The translations under genes and the position numbers were made by a program. Below, one piece after another: positions 26,101 through 38,100 of a stretch of 64,000 nucleotides of DNA. The notes under the pieces are model-generated. The model made no database searches and had not been told where the DNA came from. It worked only from the letters and a program-made list of their open reading frames with translations. Position 1 is the first letter of the stretch; each line of letters opens with the position of its first letter. The stretch comes from Yuukianura sp. NJ FZ-2021. Taxonomy: Eukaryota. The stretch lies in the NCBI GenBank assembly GCA_046563655.1, contig CM102289.1, positions 9,238,001 through 9,302,000 of the forward strand. The letters run 5' to 3'.

Positions 26101-29100
26101 AAAGGATCTTAGACTTTCCAAGATTCTCAAATTTCAAAACTTCTTTGCATAGAAGCCTATGTTAATAAGCCTAACTTAAGTGAAGTGTCAAGAGTCAAGG
26201 ACTGATGAGGTGTCAGGCCCAGCACAATGACACACTTATCATCTTCATTTCAAAAGATCCCGCTCCTTCTATTTTCAAATGTCACCAAATTAAGTGGTTG
26301 CGTCTACACATTTTTCGAAATCAGCGCCACTAACTAGATTAGGTTCAGAATTCAATTTTTTTTTGAAAATTTTCCCGCCAAAATGAGTTTTCTGCAAAAC
26401 ATGGGTGTTTGTAATCCGTAACCCAAAGTTTAAGCCACAAATAAATCCTGCTTTTACATTGGAATTAAAATATGGATGAAGAGAAAGCATTTCGGCGGTT
26501 AACCTTTCTCCTACTGGACCAAAAACTTTAAAACCTTAAGCACATTGATCTCAGTTCGCCCACATTTCTGCACTTAAACACCAAAAACCTAAGTTAATCT
26601 AAGGTTATGCCAGAGAAAGTGTTAAGTTTTAGAGAGAAAGTGCTAAAACCAGAGTTAATCTTCCTCTCAACCTACTTCCTCATTCCCGCATTTCCCGCCA
26701 TTACTCACTTTACTATGATAAATCCAATTCACCTAACTTATAAAGTTAGGTTTACGTTAGTTTGTTATGCTAACTCCATCAATCCGCAACTCACGTTTTA
26801 TCTTCGCACGGATAAAGCCGGAAACAGTAAGGCGGAAGGAAGTTGTACGAATAAACTCCTTACGAAAAACACGTTTGGAGCTTAACTTTCTCCTAACATT
26901 TCCGTTCTAAACTGACGTTTTAGTTTCACCACCAAAAGTTCAGCTTCTAAAATATTTCTTGTGCCTTTCAGCAACAAAATGAATGAAGTTGCTTAGTTGC
27001 GGGAAGATCTTTGCGGAAGATTGTAAATAGAATTTTTACAATAAATCTTGCACTGTTCCCTCTTCAAACTGAATTTAAGGGATAAACATATCCTGTGTAG
27101 TACTTTGAAAAAAAAGAGCGGGTTTTTTGGAAAACGGAGTTTTTTGTTAGGCGTTCTACTTTTTCCCTTTGACAAAAGAAACAAGTTTCCATTTGAGTTA
27201 GCGTTGAAATGTGAGCGAGAGATTTGAATTGAGAAAAGGGGTTTAGAGTGCAGTGGAACTAAATTGAGAGAAAGATTTAATATTTACTGAGAGTCCTTAA
27301 GCTCCAAATCTTGTGCAGTTCAAGTTATCTCCAAGGACTACTTCGCTTGATCAGATTTTCATATCAAAATGGCGTAAGAGGGGACCATTGCACGACATTT
27401 TTGGACGCTCATGTGTGTACTGTCATTTGTGAACGGTTGACTCTGCACGGTAACTTATGGACGGCCAGCTTCGGACTTACTTGATGTAGCTTGGGAAGCT
27501 TCAATCTGCCTCCGTAACGTTAGAGGTGAAGAAATTTCCGTACAGAAGTGTTCTGGAACCGGAAAAGACGACGATGCGACACTGAGGGGGCCCTTAATGT
27601 TGCAATTTGGGATAAAGGAGACTCGTCTTTTCTTAACTCCTGGAAATTGAATTGAGTCATTGGCTTTTACAAAATATGCAATAAGAGATTAAAGATAAAA
27701 GACAAAAAGAAATTCAAAAGTGAAAGCGAAAGTGAAAACTAGTGTTTACTTTTACGATTTTCTGGCAACCTTTGCCATGGTCAACAGTAGTATTTTTTGG
27801 CAAAGTCCAATGTGCAAAAAAGCACAGGAGAAAGTGAGTCAGTATAACTCTTGGTAGCAGGAAAAGGTTAGGGTAAAAGCTGAGAGAAGTGAGGCGGGTA
27901 GGTGATACATCGAAAAGCTGGGAAAAGCTTACACCAAAAATGCAATCATCCTTGCCATGTCAGTGTACAAGTTTTATGGCACCCGCCACAGTTTTTTTTT
28001 GAAACTTTTGCCACTCTCAAGCAGCTTTTCCGGGTCAACGAAATACTTCACAGCAAGCTACAAAAAAGAAATGGAGTTAAAGACGGGTACATCGATCAAA
28101 CAGTAAGATAGTAAAGTCAAGAAAAAACTTTTTAAGTTGTAAACATTTTCAAAAATGTACAAACCAAAAAAAAAAAACACACCAAATCGAAAGAATCTGC
28201 AACAAAAAACTAACGTTTCGAAAAAACTCAACCTTGGAACAACATAGTTCTTTTGGAAACTTTTTTCTATGTTCAAAACTTTATCGGCTTTTAGACTGGT
28301 AGATGTCGGTGAAAGCATTCATTAACCTATGTACGTTGGAAAAAAATGTACAGTACGATTAATAATTAAGATCAAAAGAAGTTGAGTGTGGGAAAGCGTA
28401 AGTTTAGTGAAAAGCGCTAGTTGGCAATTAAACTTCTCTTTTGAATTTTCCCTCGCCGGTGTAATTTTTGATTAAAAGAAATGCTAGTTTGGGGCAATGT
28501 GAGACATTTCTAAAGACTGGGCGGTTGAAGTAGGTTTTTAGTAGGTCCTCGACTACTGTGGCTCAAAATGTACTAAATCATAGGAGATCCCAACCGATTC
28601 CTTTCTGGATTCCAATTCCTGGGAGAAACCATTTTATCTGAATTGGACTCACAGTCCATGACGTATAACTTTCTTTTTCAAAAAAAAACTGGGAAAAACT
28701 AGAACCCTTAAGAAGAAATCTTGAAATCTAGCATCTAGCGAGTTCTAAGAGGAAGTATAAGATCCATGATCCATGCCTTTCACTGTGTGAAAGCACTTTA
28801 TTTCTACCTGTCTGTCCCTGGTTCGCAATTCCTCTGCTACTGCAACTGATCGATATCTCCGAAGTATTCTATCGCTCCCAATTCCATTTTTTCCTGACTG
28901 TAATCGACCTGAAATTGGTGACTTGTTCGTTATGGTTCACAAACTCCTTTGAACGCAGTTTTTATATTACTGTTGGCCTCTTACGAAGCCTTTCTTCATT
29001 CTTCAAATCCATAAAACTATTTTTGGCCCTTTGGGCTTGTGAAGTTCGTGTTTAATTAAAGTTGTGATTGAAATCAAAAAAAGAAACATTGGTGTAGAGT

Positions 29101-32100
29101 AGGAAAAGGGCGGCAGAATTTGAATCTTATGATGGTCTACCAGTGCGGGTTGGTTAAATTTTTACTTTGGATAAGACTGCTCAACCAAGTAGTAAATGTT
29201 ACTTTTCCTGTAACTCGTAAGCTGTGCAATCAGGTTAGCTAACACTTTCCATTGTAATCCATTGTAACACTATTCATAGATTTTGGCGTGCTTAGATTTT
29301 TGTTGCTTAGATAATGGCATGCTTCGCTAATTAATGTGGTTTTCGGAGTTTCTGCTTCCTTGAAGCGGCAATGGCAAACCTTGAAAATTATGCTTATATA
29401 ACCAGCTGTAATTAGCGTAACAGCTTCGTAGTTTGGACATTGGGCATTGGACATTCAAGTAAATTGCTTGAAGATGTATCTGTTTCGAGTATTTTCACTT
29501 TGGGTTTTTACTTTCAAGTATCTACCTTCACTTGCTGGTGGAGAAATAAGATTGACTGTAAGGAATTCAAATTCAAAAGGGCAGCAAACCATTTTATACT
29601 TGTAGTACATAATTATAATTATAAATAATATAAAAATATAAATATAAAAAATAGTATTAAAGTACGACTTTACTGCAGGATGATAAATTGTACATTGCTG
29701 GTAACGAGACTCAAATGGAAGTTCTCGATGAAGAACTATTAAGATTCAAAATAAATGAAACGAATTGCAGATTATACGAAATCAAGGTCGAGTACGTCCA
29801 GATTCACCGCAATGCGCTGAAGTATTTTGGAAGTTGCAAAAACTTACATACCATAAAGTTCGACTCGGTTAGTTGGCACTGGGAATTGAGTAAAAAAAGC
29901 TTGCAACATTTGATACATCTTCCAAATTTGGAAACATATTGGTGTACAACGCTAGTCGACGATTCCACTCGATGGAATGTATACGACGATCTGGAACAAG
30001 TGATCTTCTTCTACATAGATTCTGAACATAATGATTCTGCTTGGGGTTCATTTCCATCACTAGATAGCATTCAGATTATTTGGAAAATTGAACCACATGG
30101 ATATTTAGAGCTAACAGTAAAAATCGACTACCGATTGGATGAATACTCAAATATTATTATGGAGAGAAAAAATCAAATAATTGCAAAGAAAATCAGAGAC
30201 AAAACAACTTGGAAATTGCTTTATGGTATGCTACCAAAAGCAGAATTTGTTGAAATAGAAGACTGCTTTCTCAACATACAGCTTTTGGACTTTAGATCAG
30301 CAATAGAGTTGACGTTGAAAAATAACGATCTGGTTGACGGAAATATGGCGCAAATTCTCATAAAATCCTCAATATTGATGAAAAAGCTTGTGATCTACGC
30401 GACCGAAGATGAAGCTATCGACGTAGCACTTCTCTCAAAAAATCTTGTTCGTCTTGAAACAAATCGACTCAGTTTCCGTTGGAGCTCCACGATACCACCA
30501 GCTCAAAACTTCCCTGACATGGATACATTAGTAGTCAAATATGGTGACCTCGACCCTAAACTTCTAAAAACCACGAGGTTAAGGGAATTGGTCATAGAAA
30601 ACACCCTTCTGTGGAACGCCACTGTTGCGGACATGGGAGCAACTATGCACAGCATAATACTTCTGTCTCTTTTATATCAATATTTTGACGGGGTTTGTCC
30701 CTCAGTGCAACTCGACACCATTTCACATCTTCCCTTGGAAGGGATGATTCTACAAGATGCATACATTTCAGCTGGACAGAAACTAGAACCATTAGCCTCC
30801 ATTGAAAGCTTATTTGTGTTCAGATGCGAGTGGGATCCTGTGTTGATAGCACATTTTGATGTTTTATTTCCAAACTTAAGAAATCTAGCGATAGACATTG
30901 GAGATGTTTTGTCTTTTTCATTAATGCAAAACATATTTGCGGTATCTCGTGTGCTAAACATTGGAATCGCCATTCCACTGGATACGACACCACAAAAAAT
31001 TCAGGAGCTTACACATCGCTTACAACATTTATTCAACGTATCATTATTGTTGGACCAAATTCCAAGCGCAGGATCCGCTGTTGCAATACGTCGACCGAAC
31101 CCTTCTGCTGACTTTGTCTACCATAGTACATCGAATACCAGCACGGACAAAGCAAACGAAATTTTCTACAGGAACAGTCGGATTGAAATTCTTTTGAAGC
31201 ATTACGGATATTCTCTAGAGGAATTCAGGCAAGTGACGATAGACCTAGTTTACAGAATACACACGTACTACGTCTTTGCAGTATGTACCACTGGAATTGC
31301 ATGCAACATTTTGAGCACTCTTGTGCTTCTGCGCAAGGCTATGCACAGCTCCACTAGTGTACTGCTACTGGCACTTGCTTGCGCAGACTCATTATATCTT
31401 CTAACATCGTTCTCTACCGTTCAAGAGTTCCAGAATTTATTTCAGTTTAAGATGCAACGGTCTGCTTTACATGGTTACGTTGCTTACCCATTAAACAAAA
31501 CAAGTAAAACAAAAAACAATACAAATTAATAGAAATATTCAAAATAAAACCATCTCTTGCATGATAATTTTTTCATGATTTTAGTGTACACAGCCTCAGT
31601 TTACATGACGATTCTCATCACAGTGGAGAGATTTGTAGCCATATCAAAACCTCTTCAAGTGTCGCTCATCTTCACAATAAAGAAGACAACTAGACGCGCA
31701 GTCGCAGTTTTCATGTGGGCGGCAATTTTGAACATCACAAGATGGTTTGAATTCATCAAATGGAACTACGAAGCTTCTTCGCCATACTGGAGTTCAAACT
31801 ACCCAAAACAGCTTCACAGATTCCCATTGTACAGACTACTCTACCAGCAAGTTGTTTGGTACACCTTCACCTACGTTTTGCCATTTGTCGCCATTGCAAC
31901 CATCAACATCCTCATTCTCATCAAGGTATTTGAATTCCTTGCTTCTCATTGGCTATTGAAACAAAGTTTTTGATTGCCTAACTGATTGTGTTGGCCATAG
32001 GTGAGAAAAGCAGCTGAATCCAGAAGAGCTGTAGCTGTAGGACAGCAGGATGCTGATGAGAAGTCTTTGAGCAGAATGCTGCTGACAGTAGTTTTTGTGT

Positions 32101-35100
32101 TCTTCGTGTGTAACTGCGTGAGTGCCATCATCAACTGGGTCTTTGTTTCTAAGGGGGTGGAGCCAGAGGTGGCAGAAATATTTGCCTGTTTGCCAATTAT
32201 CTTGAACTCTTCGGTCAACTTTCTCCTCTACTTCTTCATGGGCACAAAATTCAGAAAAGAATTCAAATGCATGATTGCAGAAATCAAAACCCGTGTTAGA
32301 AATGTGTTTCACTTTTGAAGCAATTTCAAAAGAAAAAAAAAGAGAGAGAATCTAAAAATTTGTTAGTTATACTGCTGATTTTTTTTTGTAAAAAATTTAT
32401 GAAGTTAAGAATAATGTATTGAGTTGGAAGGGTGGAGATGAAAGGAAGATGTAAAATTGTCCAATCAATCCTCCATGCAACAAAACACGAAAATTCAGCC
32501 GAAGAAAATACGAGATCAGCCCTCTCTTTTCCCGCACTTTTTCTTTTCCAGTTTGAATTAATATTCAGTGCACGGAGAAAGACAAAAATTATTTTATAGG
32601 TTACAAAATCATCTTTTCATCCCCCAGAGAACCCTCTTCCATTTCATAACTTTTCCACATAGCTCTTCCTCCTATAAGGTTAGGCTATGTTAGGCTAACG
32701 TTAGTAAAAGTAAGGATTGGTACGTAAAGACTTCAATGCTCTCACGAATCCTAGAAATCTAGAGAAAGTAGAAAGAGTTGGAGAAATCTACAAAAAAGAA
32801 GAAGAAAATCTCTTGAGGAATAGCTTGTTTCAAATAAAAGATTATAATCCTCCGCGGATTAACCCGGCTTGGATTATAATCGATTAATTTGAGTGTACTC
32901 GATTTTTTCGTCCGATTGTCAGCTGATGTGGAAGGGCGGGAATTGAAAATTTCAAAAATAACAACAGTGGGTGGTGATGGTCGGGTGGAGGGAGCAGATT
33001 AATCCAAGAGAATCGTGGTTTTTGTGGATTCTTTTTTGGCCGATTATAATCCAAAAAGTGGCGCACTGCGCCTGCGCACCACCTCAGATTAATCTGGCTT
33101 GGCAGATTAATCTGAAAAGCGATTATAATCGCTTTATTTGAAACAAGCTAATGAAAACACGTTTGGAAATAAAAATTCCTTGTGGAGTCGTACACAATTC
33201 CCCTCCACTTACTATACTACGCACATGTAAGTTCTTCCAGAAGAGGTGAAATTTCTAAATGCTAGTTTATGTTGAAAATGTTAGGTTATGTTAGTTCCTT
33301 GGAGCAAAAATTTCCAAACTATAAAAATCTGTGCTTTCTTATTTTGTTGATCCTAATCTTGTAGAGTCATATAAAAGGAAATAAAACTTGGTTTTACGGC
33401 GCACAACTCAAATATTAATTGGACTTAAATGCCTTCTCGTTCCAACAGGAAGCTCTTCGTGCCAAGAGGTACACAATCTCTACCAAAAAAATTTCGAAAT
33501 TTTTTTCAAAAAATTTTTTTTTTACTTAAATTGTATACAGAAGGTTGATGTTGGTGAAAGTTGGATTTGATGAGTGTAGTAACAACCGAATGCAGTGAAC
33601 TGAAAAAGAGAAAGTATAAACGCAAAACTAAAAAGTCTGAAACTGAGTCCAGAACTGTATTTGATCACGTTCTGGACATTATGACAAGTTCAGTCGCAGT
33701 AGTTAGAGTCACGTCGACATAAAAATGGACAAAAAACCTAACATTTGTTATGTTATGTTTTTTCTACCAAAGTTTCAAGAAAACTCTCAGTGTGGTCACA
33801 ATCTGGAAAAAACTTTAGAGCAAAAGTGACCTCAAAAGTTAGTAAAAGAAAATAATGTGTTTCATTGCTCACAAAACGGAAAATAAAAGTTCTGAAATTT
33901 TTTGGAAACAAAAAGAATGAAAGTTTTTTTGGAAGAAACTGATTTTTTTTTTGGAGAAACTAAAGTTTTTTGTCCTTGGTGCCTGACACCTTGTGCACTT
34001 AAGTTGTGCTCAAATGGATGAACAATGGAACAGTCCTTGGCCATTTAGCCGTCCTTTTGGTAACGAAAGATGAAGTATTTCTTTATGAGTTTCAGAAAAA
34101 AAAAGTTGAGTTCTGCAGTGCCGTAACGCGAGACGGCACTGCAGAATTTCCGAGGGTTTGTTACATGATTGCACAGAAATGCAATACGGAAGTGAGACAT
34201 GGAAGTTTCAACTTTCTCCGCACTTAAGTCTGACACATTTCGATCCGAATCTGACGCGCCATTGGTTGGTTCCAAAAAAAAGTTTCAGTTTACTTTGCAG
34301 ACTGTTAGTTTTTGAAATCAAAAAGTTTTTTTGACGGACGATGTTTGAACAGCCTGAAAGTTTAAACTGGTTTGTCGTCGCCTTTGCATATAAAAAAGTT
34401 TAAACGTAACATAAATAACATGAGTTAAAAATTGATACAAAAAACTTCAGAAAACGATTTTGCTTCCATTTTGAAAAATTTATTTCCACAGTGCGATATT
34501 CTGTCCTCCTTCCAATTTTTATTTCAAAAGGGCGTTAGCTCAAGAAGTCAAAAGAGTAAAACATGAATATTTTAGACAATTTTGGATTTAAAATCAATAG
34601 GCTATGCCTCTGTTTCGAATTTCGCAAATTCTAACAGTTAATTAAAGGTTTTAAAAAAATTGAAAAAAGGAGAAAGACCTCCCACTTTGAAAGTTTTTGG
34701 AACAGGAATGGAGAACAATGGCACCAAATTGCCATTTTGTGAAATGTAGTGAAAGGAGTAAGTGCTTTTTAGAACACGTTATTATGAAAAGATACACGAA
34801 ATTGTAGAAATGTGCAACCATTTCGACACTACCGCACTCGCTTCCAAAAAGTGTCCAACATCCAGTAAACACAAAATTTAACTTTTCAAATGACATTCAA
34901 AATAATTAAATCATGTAGTTGAAGTACGATATTATTTTAAATGGGAATGTTAAACTTTTTCGTTTTTGCAAAACACGCTTGTTCAAAAAACTTAGTTTTT
35001 CCTCCGAAAACTCAGAAATTTTTTCTTGTAGTTCTAGTTTTGTTAAATTGTAATACAAAAAGTTTTGGCAACTTTCTCTAGAAAACTATAACTTTCTGAG

Positions 35101-38100
35101 GTCGGTATCTGTTTCATGTGTTACAACTTAAACCTCTTCAAAAAATGGCCGAAAACTTTCTCCAACTTTTTTTTTCAAAAAATATCCAAGGTCTGGCAAA
35201 CATTTGTCGCGATTTGAGGCAGTTTTAGCTAGTTTTTTTTAAAGTAAAAGCTGTCGCTAGTTTAATTTTTACTAAAAGTGAAAGTACTTAAGCCAAGCAC
35301 TTTCGTCAGGTTTTGCGTAGCCGTGTCTCTGGAGTCTTAAGATGACGAGAAGAGCATAATTTGCATGCAAATGCATAAAGCTCTTTGTTCTAATTAACTT
35401 TGACTAAGAACAGGTCTAAAGTGGCCTTGTTTTCCTCACTTTCTCCTGCCAAGTACCGTAAAACTTCTAATAGTAGAACCCCGGGCTTCTATTTTTCTTG
35501 GCTTCTATTTTTCCACCATCAGACTTTTTTTTATTTGAAGCTCAAGTATTCCTTGAGCCCGGCGTTTGAAAAAAATTGGCTTCCATTGGAACCCGGCTTC
35601 TATTTGAAGTTTTACGGTACTACTACCTTATTTTTCATAAGTTAGGCAAAGTTCCTTGGCTAACGCGACTTAAGTGCACTTTTACCTTAGGTTTTGTTTG
35701 CTCTGTTTCTCCAGAATTTCAAAAATGAAACTAATTTTGATTCTGAGTAGCTTGTCTCCTGTTATCGTTTAATTTTACACCAAATGCTGCTGTGAGTGTT
35801 TGAAAATGCTCAGAGCAAGAGAGAATTAGAACCATTGTGTACACTCATTACATCGGTTAGGTTTAACTTAGGTTTGTTAGATTAAGTTTCTGAATTCCGG
35901 ATGAACGTAAGTTAGGATAGGTAGCCTGGAGGCGTTTGGTTCTGTTGGAAAGTGTCTCGTTAAGAGGAAGGCAATGAGCTGTAGGCTCTTCGGTTGGCGT
36001 CAAGATCTGCATTATTAAACAGCTCGCTCCGAAGTGCTGGAGTTGCAGGAATCCGGGGCTAAGCGAGTGAAAGTACAACAAAAGCACCTCAACTCTTTTT
36101 TTTAGTTTGGGAAAAACACAAAACGGGGCAACGCTCGCCTGGCCTACTTACACCCAATTTCGCTCAAATTACAAACCATTCTAGAATACTGGCAAGCACT
36201 ACTGGAATTGACACCGTGAAGCCTCCAAAAACCAAAATAGCTAAACGTATTAGACGTCGAGTGGGAAACTCGTAGAAAAATACTTCAAGTGCAACGTGTT
36301 GCCAATTTCAATTCTTCGGTGAAAGTTTTTGCAGACTTTCACCAAAGAAAAAAGTTAAAAGCTCTTTTGTCCTTTTCAGTTTTTTGGAACAAAAGAATTT
36401 GCTAAAAGCTATCCTGAAAATGCAAAATTCTCATTCAATGCAGACAAAAATTGAACAAGAATTAAAATTCAGCGCAAAATTCAAATTTTTCGGCGGTTCC
36501 TAATGGTATTATGACTTGAAACTTAACTTCATAGCTACTAAGGCAAAACTAAACCTTCCAGTTGCAATTCCTTTCATTCTGGAATGAATGAAAATGCTGA
36601 AAATGCTGGAAATGCTGGCTTTTGGAGTCAGAAATGTCACAGTGAGAAATATTGGAAAACTTTCTCACCTGTCGGCCTAGTGGTCTCATGCTCCATTCCA
36701 CAGTAGAAAGACGCGGGAACAAAGGCCATTCAGCTCTAAAGAACTGCGACTAAAAGGAAAGTCGTGCCTTACTTCAACCAAAAAGCACAGAGAAAGGCTG
36801 CCTTACTTCAACCAAAGTCTCGTATTGTGCTACTACTGAACTCTTTGCCTCAGAAATCAAGGTGTTAACAAACCCCAGTCGCCATTCAGTCCATTCATAC
36901 AACGCCTTTCTCTAGGAAGGATTTATGGCCTACATGCAAAAGTCATTTACGCCACTGCGTTTTCAAAGTGCTTAACCTTTGTTGCCGCACTGCCCTCCTT
37001 TTACTTTCCCATTTGTTCTTATTTCAAAAAACCAAGTTTTTGCAAAATTTAAAAATTTACAATTTTCTAAAATTTTAATTCATATAAACGCTGCCATCTT
37101 TGACCTACTTTCGGTTCCGAGTATACGGTTTACTTCCAAAAACTATGGGAAAAGGAACAACAAAGATAAACTTTGGCAGAAAATATCAGTTGGATTTAAA
37201 ATCAAGCAAAAGAGATGTTAAGTAAATCTCCAAATTCCTTAATTAAATGGATAAAAAACGTAGTTTTTGACGCACGGGTGGAGTAAAACCAAGTTTGAAT
37301 TTGAAATTGCAAAATTTTGAAACATTTTTTAAAAGTTGAGGAGAGGGGATGACGTGACTTCCGGTGTTCAGCAGTGGTTGTCTAAAAGTTAAGTGTTGGT
37401 TGGATTGATGTGAAAAGTGAGTCAGGAGTTGGTTTATCTTCCGTTCTAGTGACAGGGCAAAGTAATGCATTACAAATGCAAAATGTGTCCAAGTCTTTCA
37501 CTTTTACTTTACTTTTGTAAATCCCGGAGAAAGTCATGTTTTCTAAAGTCACTCCATCATAGCCCCTTCCAGGAAGCGTAACATTTCAAGGTCCTCAAGG
37601 GAGAGAGGGGACTTGGGAGGGGAATGGGCTCCACTCATTCAAAATGTCAAAACTTCCATTACGATTTCAAAGTGTTTTTAAAGTCAGAATTCATTCAAAA
37701 GCAACTTCTACTTCAACTTTCAAGTAAATACGACTCTATTTTGGGGAAAAGAGGGCACACTAAAACTCGGAACCATCGGAAATCATACTTTGAAGGAACA
37801 TACTAGAGTCAATTGATACCACCAGGAACATAGTTACCGTAAACGTTCTAATAAACGCCGGCCTATATTAAATCAGTTAACTTTTAAATGCCGGTGCCGG
37901 TGGTAAAAATTAAGATTTTGCATATACGCCTGGGCGTTTACTAGAAATTTTACGGTAAGTATAACCAGCATTGGGCGACGTCCCAACACGCATGAACAGC
38001 ATGCTTGTCATTTTTAACAAAAACTGTGCTAAGAATTTTCTATTCATGAAAATTAATCTTAACTTGAATTTTAGCTCTGGATTTTCTTTTAGACTAAAAT

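Noticed and set aside
29688..31529. 613-aa and 603-aa ORFs treated as stand-alone single-exon genes
   Set aside because: They are exon 2 of four-exon genes. The listed starts (TTG or internal ATG) lie downstream of a splice acceptor and the C-terminal tails are intron read-through.
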